Shown here piece after piece: positions 39,270 through 52,037 of a stretch of DNA of 64,000 nt. Numbering within the stretch: the stretch's first letter is position 1; each line of letters opens with the position of its first letter. This DNA is from Protoeuglena noctilucae (lineage: Eukaryota), in NCBI GenBank assembly GCA_958009085.1, contig OY253670.1, positions 1,488,001 through 1,552,000 of the forward strand, written 5' to 3'. Below the pieces are notes generated by a model. The model did no database searches. It saw nothing but the letters and a program-made list of their open reading frames with translations, and was not told where the DNA came from. The translations under genes and the position numbers were made by a program.

Positions 39270-42194
39270 ATGCGCCGGCGCTGGGCCGCGGGAGGGCCTC
39301 CTGGCAAGCCCCCACGGCGGTCCGCGTGGGCGCACTTTTTGCGCTCCCGCGGCCCCGGGGCTGCCCCGTGCACCTCCCGCGATGCTCTTAATGTCACATT
39401 TCCGGGAGTAGCCCCCCCGGGCGATTCGGGCGCGCCCTGGGGGAACGCGAGCGGGGAGGACGGTGTCGACCCTGCCTTCGCCTTTCGGCGGCGACCACGA
39501 CCTCCGGGCGTGCCGCCATCGGCACGTCGAAATCGCATCTCGTTCCCCGCATCCGCAGGCGCGGGCATGTCGCCGCACCACGCCCAGGTCCCCCAGGGGG
39601 TCTTGGCGCTGGGCTGTGCGTGCCCCAAGCACCTTTCCGACCCCGGGATGCTCTTCTTGTGGCGCTTCGAAAAGGTCTCGCGGTGAGCGGGGGCGACTGG
39701 CTGGGCCCGGCGGGGGTAAACGCTTCGGCGCCTCCTTCGCGTATCGCTGGCGGATTCGTGCAAATGAGAGCGAAATTAGCGGCCCGGTCCCGCGCATTTC
39801 CGCGAGGGGGGCCTGAGTGAGGTGTCCAACGACTCGATTTGGTGTTCCCGCCCCAGGATCGGGGAAGGCCTGGCCTCCCGCGTCTACCAGGTCACGGACA
39901 CGCTGGTCGGGACGTCCCTCGCCCTGAAGGCCTACGACCTCGCGGCCATCTCGGACAGCATGATGCGCTCGGTGCTCACGGAAATCAGCATCCACGCTGC
40001 CCTGGGTGAGCGGCCCCGCGGGCGATTCCATGCCGCTGCCTGCTTTTTGGGCCAGTGCCGTCTCTGGCGGCGCGCGTCCCGCGTCGGGCGTGGCGGGGTC
40101 GGAAAAAGTGCATCCACGAACATGCGACGTTGACCGAGCCCCTCCCCGCCGCGCAGACCACCCGCACATCACGCCGATGTGGGCCGCGTTCCGGGAGGGC
40201 GACTTCCTCTGCGTCCTCATGCCCCTGGCGGAGAACGGGGACCTGTACACGCGCTTCTTACACATCCACCATGACGAGAGGACCATCGCGAAGGTGCGGC
40301 GGCCGTGCGCCGGGCCGTGGCGTGGCCGCTTGTTCGAGACCTGTGGAATTGGCGAGGGAGCCGGTCCGACCTCGCGAGATGACGTGCCGTGCCCGCAGCA
40401 CGTCATCCTGCCGCTGCTGAGCGCGCTGGCCTACCTCCACGCCCGCGGCGTCATCCACCGCGACGTCAAGCTCGAGAACATCCTGCTCGACAGTCGCGGC
40501 AGCGTCCAGCTCGCCGACCTCGGCTTCGCCATCCAGCCCACGCGCCGCCTGCGGGTCATGACCCAGGCGAGCGCTCGGGCCGGGCTCCCCTGGGCCTCCT
40601 GCTCGTGCCTCCCCTCGCCCGCTGCATCCCACTCGCCCACCCCCGCGCGCCCGCAGGTGGGCACCCTGTCGGCTATGGCGCCCGAGGTGCTGCTGTCCAA
40701 CGTGGCGGACCCCTCCGGACCCCTGCGGTCCGAAACCCCCCGCGACAACCGCACCACCTACGATGACAAGGTCGACGTGTGGGCGTTCGGGGTCCTCTGC
40801 TGGGAGCTCCTCTGCGGCACACGTGAGGCCCGGCCGCAGCTGAGGCCCTGCGGCCCCCCGGTCCCCTCCGCCGCCGCACCGCGAGCGCACAGGCGCTCCC
40901 CGCCCGCAGGCGCCTTTCACGGCGACAAGGAGCGCGACATCATCTGCTCCATGGTGGCCGGCTTCTCCACCCGCCCCGAGTTCACGCGTCTGAGCCCCTC
41001 GGCCCAGGCCTTCCTGGCCTCGGCCCTCAAGTGGGACCCCGCGCAGCGCCTGTCCTGCGAGGAGCTCTACTCCCACCAATTCGTCCTCCACAACGTGCCC
41101 CTCAAGTCCTGGGAGGCGCTCTCCCCCTCGATGCTCAACGTGCGCCCCACGTCCTCGGGGCAGGAGCCGCAGGACAGGCCCTCGAGGTGAGAGGCGCTGG
41201 GTGACGCGGTGGCTGGTCTGAGCTGAGGGAGAGGAGAGGGGATAGCCGGGGGAGCAGCCGTTGGCCGCCCCTGCGCCGCGTGCGACAGCCTGGTGATTGC
41301 GTTGCGCCACGTCCCCTCACCTCCTCCGCAGCCTGCGCCTGGGGCCCGAGTCCGCCAACGGGGAGCTGGTCCCCGAGCCTCGCACGCGCATGGCGGCCGC
41401 CATCGCCCCCAGCCACGACCGCAGCCAGTCTGAGTCGTCGCAGCCCCCGGCGGGGAGGGGCAAGGACGAGCAGGCGTCCATCCGCACCCTCAGGTGAGCC
41501 TGCGGTCGCCGGGGGTGTCTCTGCTGTTGCTAGGCACGCAGAGGCGTCGCAGCATGACGCACCAGCGCTTCTCCGCCCCCGCAGCACCCTGGCCCGCACG
41601 CTGCCGCCGTCCGGGCGGCAACTGGTCAAGCCGGCCGAGGCCGCGGGGGCGAAGGACATGGCAGGCCTGTCGGTGCGTGGTTTTAGGAGGCTCGACGGAC
41701 TTTGCTCTCCACTCCATGCTTTGCTGCTATGCCCACACACTGCTGTTCATGTCCCCCCCCGCAGCTGTCGCGGAGCCAGGGGAGCGGGACGCGCGCCCGT
41801 TCGCGGGGGAAGGAGACCGACGGGAACGCCAAGCCCACTACGCGCACGTCCAGCGGTGAGCGAGACGCCCGCATGGGATATGGGCAGCTCATGCGGCGGC
41901 ATCCAAGGGGGCAGGGGCTCCACCTTCACGAGAAGCCATCGGCAGTCCGTCAGGGTGCCCTGCGTTCCGCTCACGCGCCGCCCTCCGCCCTCCGTCCCCG
42001 CAGTGGCTGCGTGCGACACCCCGCTGTCGGTCATCACGGGCATGCATGGCAGCATGGGATCCACGCAGGACCAGGACCCCGAGAGGCCGGCCAGCTACGG
42101 GAGGCCGTGCGGGCCCAGGTCTCCGACGGCCACGGTGCCCGCGAGCCACCTGGCATGGTACAAGCGCCTGGTGCTGTGCGGGATGGCGCGGTGA
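39270..42194 (+). CDS. Aurora-like Ser/Thr kinase (second paralog); ends approximate
   Basis: [44 protein letters not shown] intron at 40567-40656. Confidence 0.88.
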
Positions 42195-43210
42195 GGGGGC
42201 CGTCCGGCACGTGGCACCTGCAAGAGGGGCGCCTCGCGCCGCGTGCCTTTTTGGCGAGTCCAGCAGTGTCACAACAGCGACGCCGCATCGCCTGCCCCCC
42301 CCCCACGCAGTGCCCCCCGCCGCGTGCAGCACGTGGGCAGCGCCGCCACCGACTGACAGCGCGTCGTCCTCCTCGACTCGCCTCCCGTTGTCGGATTCCG
42401 TTAAGCCACCACGCCGTCTGTCTCCTTCTCCCTTGGCCAAGGTCAGCCAGCGCGGCCCCCCGTGGGATCCACTCCGCAGCGCGACCAGGGCACCCCCCTC
42501 CCTCGTGTCTCCATCCACAGCCTGCAGGGCTTCCCGTACAATCTATCGCCTGGTTTTTTCCATTCGCATCGCGAAGGACTCGTTTTGTGTTTTCCCCGGC
42601 GATGTGCGCCGCTCGGGCCCCCTCGCCCGTCCCCGTCCCCACCTTTGCTCAGCTCTGCTGCTGGTGGGGCCTCCGCTCCCCCGGCACGCCCTAGGCCACC
42701 CCCCGTCCCCGCGCCTGCGCCCGGAGCTGCCAGGCCAGGCGCGGGCCCCGTTGCTGCAGTGGCCGGGGTCGCCGGGGGGCCGAGCTCGGGGGGTCAACGT
42801 CCGGCCGTCGACGTGTGTTCGCGCCCACAACACCGACTGCATGTCTCCGTGCTTTTCGCGACAACCAGCCCACCCCGCGCCCAGTGCGCCGCAGTTTTCC
42901 CCCTCTGCGTGTACCCCTCCTGCCTTGCGGCCCGCGCGCACCCCCGTAGCTGCGCTCCCCAGACTCCGCATGGGCTGCCCCGGTGGCTTTCCATTGCCTA
43001 GACCACACCCTCCCCACGCCCCGGGCAGCCCATGGGTGCTCGCATTCCATGATTTTCGCCCCTAGCGCCAGTCCCGCTGCAGCCAGGTGTCCCAGGTGCC
43101 TGGGCCCTGTAGTCGCGCGGGCTCGCGTTCCCGCAGCGTTAGTGCCACAGCTCTCGTTCGACCACTACCGCGCTTCACCTGGCCGCGCCGTGGCCCATAT
43201 AAGCGTTGCG

Positions 43211-43215
43211 TTACA
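43211..43215 (-). promoter_or_regulatory. TGTAA polyadenylation signal (CCB4)
   Basis: TGTAA about 52 nt after the CCB4 stop. Confidence 0.5.
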
Positions 43216-43266
43216 GAGTGCATGCATGCCACATGCCGTTGAAGTCTCGTCGGTCATCTCGCCCCG

Positions 43267-44559
43267 TCATCGGAAGCCTTTGCCCGCCGGCTGCCACCCC
43301 AGTCCCTCCAGCGTGGCGTCCATCTTGTCCGCCAGACTCGACACCCACGCCTGGTCCAGCTGCAGGCTTAACAGGGCACGCGGCAGTCACGGCCCAGCGC
43401 CGACGCATGCACGCTGCGGGGGTGCTGTTGCGGGGCCAGCCTGCCTGCGCACGCGCCTTCGTGAATCCACGCACGCGGTTGTGCCCCAGGACCAGGACGC
43501 CGCGGGTGCCGATGGGCTGCACGATCGCCGCCTGGGAGTTCTCGGGGAGGAACGCCGTCAGCTCCACCCGACTGCGGTGACAGGCGTTTCCTGGTTGGGA
43601 AGTGCAGAGACGGAAAGAAGGGCGGGTGTCTGACCATGCACAGCCGATGTGCGGTCGCTCACCCAGGGTAGGGGGCGAGATTGGAGAAGTAGGAGGCTTG
43701 CCCTGATGCCGTGGCCTTGCGGCATATCTCCCCCGGCTTGCTGCTCCCCGCCCTGTGGCCCCGCGCCGCCAGCCCCATGTGCATCACGCACCTGCCCGCG
43801 CAAAACACCACCTGCGCGGAAGGGCCGGGATCGTCGATTGGCCGACGCTGAGTAGATCGGACCGCGCATCCCGCGGCGCGCCTGCCCGCCGCTCGCCATC
43901 GACGTGGCCCCTGCAGAGGTGGAGGCGGCCTCCCACGCCCACTCCATCTCCTCGCGAGCGACGCGCGGGAGGCCCGCGTCGACGAACGAAACCGGCTCCC
44001 CCTCCAGCTCAACGGCGTCGACTACCCTGGGGCGAAGACTCAGCCACGACAGCCCGGTGAGGAGCAGCACCGCTGACATGACGATCACCAGGACGTCCGC
44101 GCGGCTCTGCGGAGGATCGGAGGAGGAATTGCCACGCTCTGTGGTTACATACACGACACGGATGCCACCTCGCTTGCAAGCGCCGCGGCGGGAAGGCGGA
44201 AGCCGCCGAAGCCAAGGGATCGAGGAGGATGGCTGCACCGGCGGGGTCTGCGGCACCGCCCGGTTCACGGCGCCTCGAAATTTCGGGGTTGTCACCTGGG
44301 ATGAGGACGAATCAAACACCGGGGACACTTGCGACGTGGTGCGATTGACGAGGCACGCGACGAAGCCCGTCGCACCGCCCACCAGCGGCAACATGCGCAG
44401 CTTGTCAGCGTCCGACCCTTCGCTCCCTCCGCTTGGGCCTTGCACGGCTGTCGCCAGGACGTGCCGTCGCGTTGGTCTCCACTGCGCGAGCGGCCTGCGC
44501 CTGAGGAGCGCTGGCCCATCCAAATGATGAGCCAGCACAGGCCGGCACGCACACGTCAT
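43267..44559 (-). CDS. CCB4: Cofactor assembly of complex C subunit B4 (cytochrome b6f heme ci attachment)
   Basis: LRMLPLVGG...VNR...SSSQ|SRADVL...LLLTGLSWLSL.P...EMEWAW...NLAPYPG|RVE..FLPENSQA.IVQPIG...RGFTK|LDQAWV; GC-AG introns at 43812-43896 and 43360-43456. Confidence 0.9.
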
Positions 44560-44780
44560 CTTCCCGCCGATGCTTGGCCTGATTGAAGTGTTGAGGAATT
44601 GTACAATGCACTCAAGTCTGACTCACTCGCATCGACCAAACCAGCTGGCGACAATGATGCTCTGACGCATGAGCAGCGCCGGTCTGGATGAGTCAATCGC
44701 GCGACGTCGTCGGGAGGTTCACAGAATGCAGCTCAAGCTGGTTTCGATGTCAAGCGAGGGCAGGAGTCGTCACTAGGGCG

Positions 44781-47700
44781 ATGAGCGGGCAACAAGCGGG
44801 CCGGGGGGGAGGGCGATGGGGTACGTGCGCACGCTGATGGCTGGGCATCTCTCCTGCCCCGCTCACTTCTGCAGTCGCTGTGCCACAGGTGTGCAGACTT
44901 AGCCCTTTCCCGCTCTGCCACATCCTGCAGGGCGCGGAGGGCGCATGCGGGCGAGCGAGCGGCCCGTGGACGAGGACACGCGCATCGACATCACGCAGAT
45001 GCTGCGCGATTTCCAGGCTTCAGATGAAACGGAGCTCGTGTGCCCCCCGGTGCGTCCCGGCAACGTTCGTGCCCTGCGGCTCCTATTTGCGCCCATCAGG
45101 CAATGCAAGTTGCGATGTTGATGACGGTTGTTTCGTGCCCAATCCGTTTATGTGCCCCGGCTGGCTGAAGGGGCCTTGCGTCGGCGCAGAGGTCCTCCAG
45201 AAAGCCCGCACGTGCCGCGTGCAAATTCGCAGAGCCTGACGAACCACGAGCGCGCTGTCATCCACACCGAGTGTCGCAAGTATGGCTTCGTCTCGAAGAG
45301 TTACGGGAAGGGCGACGAGCGCCGAATCCACGTTCGGAAACCGCCCAAGAAGGTGCACAGCGCACCGTGCCCACTGTTTCACGATTGCGCCCGATGAGGC
45401 CGCACATCTGGACGTGGAAGCGACGTCGACTTGCCTGCGCACGCGCAGGTCCGACAGGAGACCTTCCTGATGCCGTTGGATCCCCAGTCGCTGTCGGTGC
45501 TCGCGTCCCATATGGCGCACTTCCCGCCGTCCCCCAAGGAGGTGGGCGAGGCGCTGCGGGACGGTTTCGGGGCCGAGGGCGGCTGGAGAGAGCGCAAGGC
45601 CGCGGGCGACGGTGGCGGTACAATGGATACGCCGGCGGAGGGGCACAAGCGGCGCCGGGCCGGCCCGCATGCCGCGCTCATGTCGCGTGACGAGTGCCTT
45701 CGGATGTTCGCGGAGAGCCAGGCGCGAGCGGGGTCCGCAAAGCTGGCCGAGGTGCAGCGGGCGCGGTGAGTGTTGCAGTGGGGGGCGCGTGGGCCATGAG
45801 CATCAGGCGCCTTTGGATGGTGCACCCCGCTCCGCACAAGCGCCTGCTCCCTCGCGATGCACAGCCTGCTCGATCCCTCCGCAGTGCCTCGCTGCCCATC
45901 GTGGCCCACCGGGAGGAGATCCTGGCCGCGGTGCGCGACCACCGGGTGGTGCTGGTGGCGGGGGAGACGGGCTGCGGGAAGACCACGCAGGTGGGGGGCA
46001 TCGCTGGACACACTGCGTGCGAATGAGACTCCGCGCTACCTGGGATAAGCTGGAATGTTGGGCCGGGAAGGGACGACGAGGCGTGCGCGTGCTGCCAGCA
46101 TTCACCCTGTGCTCGCGTGTCCCTCCCAGGTGCCTCAGTTCTTGCTGGACGACTGCTGGGCGCGGGGGGAGCCTTGCAGGCTGATGTGCACTCAGGTGGG
46201 GCGCGGTGTGGAGGCGCAATGGCATCGGGCGCCATGAGGCTTGGCCAGAGGCAGGACGAGCGTTGTTGTTGAAGTTGTTGCAGTGATGGGTAGCCTTTGC
46301 TGGCGTCCCGACGACCACGCTACCCTCTTCTCAACTGTCGATAGCAACGCTCACCCCACCCCACCCTTCGGCCCCACGCCCCCAGCCCCGCCGCGTGTCT
46401 GCCATCACTGTTGCGGAGCGCGTGGCGTTTGAGAGGAACGAAAGCCTGGGCCAGAACGTCGGCTACACCATTCGCCTCGAGTCCAAGGGCGGCGACCACT
46501 GCCCCATCATGTTCTGCACCAACGGAGGTGTGACTGGGATTGGTCATTGACTCTCCGACGCAGCCAGTCGTTCCCGAGAGCCAGCTGTGACCTGCCGCGC
46601 TCCTCCCCCGATGTCGCAGTGCTGATGCGCATGCTGACGGCGGGAGAGGGGCTGTCAGGGATCACGCACGTCGTGGTCGATGAGATCCACGAAAGGTGAG
46701 AGAATTCATGTATGGTGTTTCCACGCATGAGATCGCACACACGCACGCCCACCCCACGTGCCCCTGCATGCAGGGACCGCTTCGCCGACTTCCTCCTCAT
46801 CATCATCCGCGACGTCCTGGCCACGCACCCCTCCCTCCGCATCGTGCTCATGTCCGCCACCCTCCACGTCGGTGACGAGCCGTCCCCTGCGCTCACTTCG
46901 TCACCCTCACCCCTGTGATGCTCTGTCCGCCACCGTCACCCCTGTGCTCTGTCGCTACCTTCACCCCCCTGCATCTCTTCAAATACCTCACCTCCCTCCT
47001 CCTCTCCCATCACCCCAGACCTCTTCTCGTCCTACTTCGGCGGCTGCCCCGTGGTGCGCGTCCCAGGCACCGTCCACCCCGTCGTCGACTGTTACCTCGA
47101 GGACGTCCTTAAGCTCACCGACTACGTGGGCCGAGTGGGGCTCACGATGGAGCAGATGGCCAGGGCCACGGAGGACCTGCGGGTGAGCGACCACGCAAGA
47201 GGCACGGGATGGAACATGGCTGGACTGCGCTGCCCCTGCGCTGCCCCACACAGCACAGGGGCGCCTGGCGCACTGGCAGCGTGTCGCCTGAATCAGTCAC
47301 GAGCACTGCGCTGACTCCCCAGCCACCGACCGCCTCCCTCGCTGCCCCAGGGGTCCCGCACCCGTGCCCGCCCCGCCGTGGCTCCCGGCTCCGCTGAGGC
47401 GCGGCGCTGCGAGGCGGCCATCTCCGCGGCGTTCCTCTCCGGCACGGACGCGGACTTCTACGAGCTGCTCGAGTCCACGGGGGCGGCTGAGGGCGGCGGA
47501 GACACGGACGCCAGCCCTCTCGTCAACCACCAGGCGAGTGGCAGGTTCGATGGGCAGACGAGGGCTGATAGAGTCGCTCACTCTCCAGTCATGTTCATCG
47601 ATAAGCAACTCGCCTCGTCAGCTCACTCGTCACTTCCATTTCACTCCTCTCCCGCAGCACCCCGACACGGGCGCCTCACCCCTCATGGTCGCGGCTGGCA

Positions 47701-50700
47701 AGGGCCGCGTGGACGTCGTGGAGGCGCTCCTCGCCAACGGCGCGGACCCGTCCCTGCAAGCCCGTAACGGCATGGTGGCGCGCGACTGGGCTACCCAGTT
47801 CGGACACACCGGTGACTCGCACCCATAAGCCTGCGCCCTGCCTGCACTTTGCCACTCTCCATGATAGAATGACCCACCACAGCGCACCCCATCGCACCCC
47901 GTCGGTCCGCAGAGGCCGCGTCTCTGCTGGAGGCATTTGAGCGGCAGAAGCGGGAGCAGGACGCGGTGGCATCAGACACCATTGCACTTGCTCATTACCA
48001 GCTGAACGCCCCCGCTGAGGAGATCGACACGGCGCTGGTGGTGCGGCTGCTGGAGTACATCCGCTGTGGTGGACAGGGGGGGCGTCCCATTGTGGACGGT
48101 GCTGTGCTCGTGTTCCTGCCTGGCTGGGACGACATCCTCCGCGTCAGGGATGCCCTCGAGAGCCACCCCAAGGGACTCTTCCGGTGAGGGGCAGGGGTTG
48201 GGGGGTGTTGTGGTGAGGGATGCTTGATAGTACTCAAGCGTTTGGAAAGGTGCACGGTGGAACAGGAGAGTGGTTCGCATGAGAGGGGCAGCTAAGCATT
48301 GGACTGAGCCACCACTTGACGCCGCGTGTCCCCCCTGCTCTCTGCAGGCCCGACACGCACGTGGTGCTGCCCCTGCACTCCATGATCCCCTCCGCGGAGC
48401 AGCGCAAGGTCTTCAAGCGCCCTCCCCCAGGCGTCGGCAAGATCGTCCTGGTGAGCGCTGCAGGCTGCGTTTGACCCTTGCCAGCCATGCCCTCCTTCGC
48501 TGCAGGTTGTATGCACTCCTCGCCTGGCTTCCGCATTCGCCCATCTCGCCAGCCGCGCCCATGCTGAGACAGCCCACCCCCATCCCCCTGCAGTCGACCA
48601 ACATCGCTGAGACGGCCGTGACGATCGACGACGTGGTGTGCGTGGTGGACGCGGGCCGGCTCAAGGAGAAGAGCTACGACCCATACACGGGCGTGGGCAC
48701 GCTGCAGTCGTCGTGGATTAGCAAGGCCTCGGAGCGGCAGCGCAGGGGGCGGGCCGGGAGGTGCCAGCCGGGCGTGTGCTTCCACCTCTACTCCCGCACG
48801 CGCTCCCTCTCCCTCCAGGTCAGCGCCCGTGCCAGCGCCAGCGGCCCCACCGCCTCTCGCGCGCGCTCCTCACCTCGCGCTGCTCTGCAAGCAACATCGT
48901 TGCCTAGCGCCCTCACCTGACACGGCTCTATACGCAGCGTTGCCCATCGTGGTCCCTCTCTGTGCTTTCTTCATTCAGGACTTCCAGCCCCCCGAGATCA
49001 AGCGGTCTCCTTTGGATGAGCTGGCACTGCAAGTGAAGCTGCTGGGGCCACTGGCAGGGGGCGGGGCGGGGGACGTGCGGATTGAGGAGTTTTTGGCCAA
49101 GGCACCCGAGCCGCCCCTCAGGTGACCTGAGCGAGAAGCGATGGGCTAAGCAGAGGCGTGGCTGTGGACTGTTCCAGCTTGCTTTTCACCCTGTCATCGG
49201 GCTTGCTGCTACTAGGTAGCAGCTCGGTGTGGGGCCATGCAATGTCCCGTCATCATGTCGTGAGCATCTCTCGCCCGCAGCCATGCCATTAGCGCCGCCG
49301 TGACTCTCCTGGAGGACATCGGAGCGGTGGACGGCCAACAGCGACTGACGCGCATGGGTCGCCACCTGGCCGCCCTGCCCCTCAGCCCCCGCGTGGGGAA
49401 GCTCCTCCTTTTGTCTGTGCTCTTCCAGTGCCTCGACCCCATGCTCACCGTCGCGTGCGGTGAGAGGTTGCTGCATGGCCCTTATCACCAGCCCAGGCCC
49501 TTCCCACTTCATAGGCGGCTGCCGTGGTGCATACAGGGACCATACCATCTGGACAATTGCTTAGCACCTGTTTCTGTGGCAATTGACCGTGACATTCGAC
49601 CCTAATCTCAGTCCCTCTGCCCTCCCCACCTCCCCGCAGCCAGCGCCTACCGCGACCCCTTCGTGGCCCCCATGGACTCTGCCTCGCGACGCGCGGCCAA
49701 TGCCATCCGCAAGCGCATGAGCCAGGCGGGGGGAGGGGACAGCGACCACCTGACCGTCGTGGTGGCACTCAGGCGAGGGGGCCGGGGGATTGCTGCTGGT
49801 GCCGACTCATTACATATGCGGTGTCGGGTCACTGCGGATGCGAGTCACTGCTGCTGCTCTGTCACTGCTGATGTGCTGATGCCGAGTCATTGCGGATGCC
49901 GAGTTACAGCACCGTGCCTGTGTCGCTCTCTTCACCGCCTCTCTTATATCCCCACCTGCACAGGGAGTGGGAGGCGGCGCGTGAGAAGGGGGACGACTTC
50001 CGCTACTGCGCCCGCAACTTCCTCTCCCCCGCCACCATGAACATGCTCGACGGCATGCGGCGGCAACTCCTGGGGGAGCTGCAGAACCGGAGCCTCGTCC
50101 GGTCGCTGGCAGAAGCATCGGCGCACATGAGCGACATCGGTAAGGCCACGTGCCGATAGAGATACTGACAGTGGTGCCGCTGCTAACCGCACGATGTCGC
50201 CTGCAGTGCAGGCCCCTGCAGCGCGGCGTGTCTCGCGCACCCCTGCGCTTAACTGACCCCCGCTCTGCGCGCGCTGTTCCCAGGCGTGCTGCGCGGTGTC
50301 ATCGCGTGCGGCATGTACCCCCAGGTGGGCCGCCTGATGGAGGTGCAGCCGGGGAACGTGGCGTCCCAGAGGGCGACCATCGTCACGCGCAAGGGCGACA
50401 AGGTCAAGATACACCCGGGGAGCGTCAACGCCGACTTGCAGGCGAGCGGGGCGTGCTTGGACGGGGGGCATGGGGCGACCAGGGATGCCGGCTGCGGGAG
50501 AGCCAGCCTAGCTGATCTGCGTTGTGCATGGTTATCGTCTCATGTAACGAGTGTCGCATCTCCATCTGTCGCATTCACCGCCATTGCCTCGCCGCCTGTC
50601 GCAGGGACCCCTCCGCGACCCCGCGGACCCCTCCCCCGACCTGGAGCTGCCGCAGCTGGTGGCGCACGATGACTTGGTAAGAGGAGACGCCGCCACGTTT

Positions 50701-51879
50701 GTGAGGACGTGCACGACGGTGGGACCCCACGCGCTGGTGCTGGCGTGCCACTCGCTGCGGGTGGAGGGCGGCGGGGAGGCGTGGGCGGCGTTTGCGCGTG
50801 TCGCCGGCACTGGGGCGGTGAGATGCGCATGCTGGGCAGCGTGCTAGGCAGCATGCGGTCGGTTGGGCCGTTTGTGCAGTCGCGGTGGTGCCTCACCTGC
50901 AGAATGGCGACGCTGAGGAGGACGACGGCGCAGGGACTCCCATGGGGCGGGGAGGGGTGGAGGTGGAGGATGGGGGCGACGTGGGGGCAGGTGGGGCCGC
51001 TCATGTCAAGCGCACATGCAGTTGCGGGGCTATGCTCGCGGACCCTTCGACCCCGCAGGCCGCGCTGGCTCGCCCGCTGTGGCTTGGACCCCTTGCATAG
51101 CATGCAGGCGGCAATGCCCACTCTAACCCCCACCCCTCGCAGACTTGGACGGCGCTGTTCTCACTGCGGACGGCTGGCTGCGTTTCCTCGTCGACGATGC
51201 CGCGGCCCCGGCCCTCGTGACCCTGCGCCACCGCCTGACGCAGGCCTTCGCCTGGCTGGTCGAGCGGCCGGGGCAGCCCATGCCCGCGCACCACGCGTCG
51301 GCGGTGCAGGCCATCCGCAGCCTCTTCAGCGCGGAGGGGGGGCTCGCGGTCATGCACGACCCACGCAGGGCAACCATGGCGGGGGTGAGGGACCTGCGGG
51401 TAGCCTGGGTGTTGGATGCATGCCGCAGCGCATGAGACTGGCACTCGGCCTTCTCTTGTTAGGGCACGCGGACGCGCGCTGCGGTTGCTGGCCTGGCCAG
51501 GCCCTCCCTTGCTGACCCCTGCGCCCCTGCGTGCTCGCCCCTGCAGCCTTCGCGAGGCCCGGGCCGTGGGTACGGACGCGGACCTCCGCGGGCGGTGGTG
51601 GTGGAGCCGCTGCAGCAGTCGGGCGGTCAGGGCCGTGGCGGTGGGTACAGCAGGGGTGGCGGTAGTGGGGCTTCCGGGCGAGGGGGCGGGCGGGGGCAGG
51701 GTGCAGAGGGTGGGGGAAGGCGGGGCAGGGGAGGCGGGGGACAGGCGGGCGGGGGGGAGGGTCGGGGATATGGAGGGGGCAGGGAGGGTTACGGGGGTGG
51801 GAGGGGTCGGCCCAGGCAGGGCGGCGGTGGGGCACGGGGGACAGGGCGCGGGCGGGGGATAGCCGTGGCGCCGCTGTAG
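44781..51879 (+). CDS. R3H-DExH-ankyrin-HA2 RNA helicase (YTHDC2/DExH6-like) with RGG tail
   Basis: R3[46 protein letters not shown]; ankyrin [50 protein letters not shown]2 LT.MG.HLA.LP; IHPGSVN; about 20 introns. Confidence 0.93.
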
Positions 51880-52037
51880 CTGAGAACATCGCAGGCAGTG
51901 GACTTAGGCTCGACAGCGGGCCAGACTTGGTGTGACAGGTCCTGACGTCGACCTCCAAGCGTTTAAGGGCTCAAGCAAGGCTTGGCATGAAGCCGCAGCG
52001 TCAACTGGGACTGCCTCCGCGGGCTCGCGCAGGAAAG

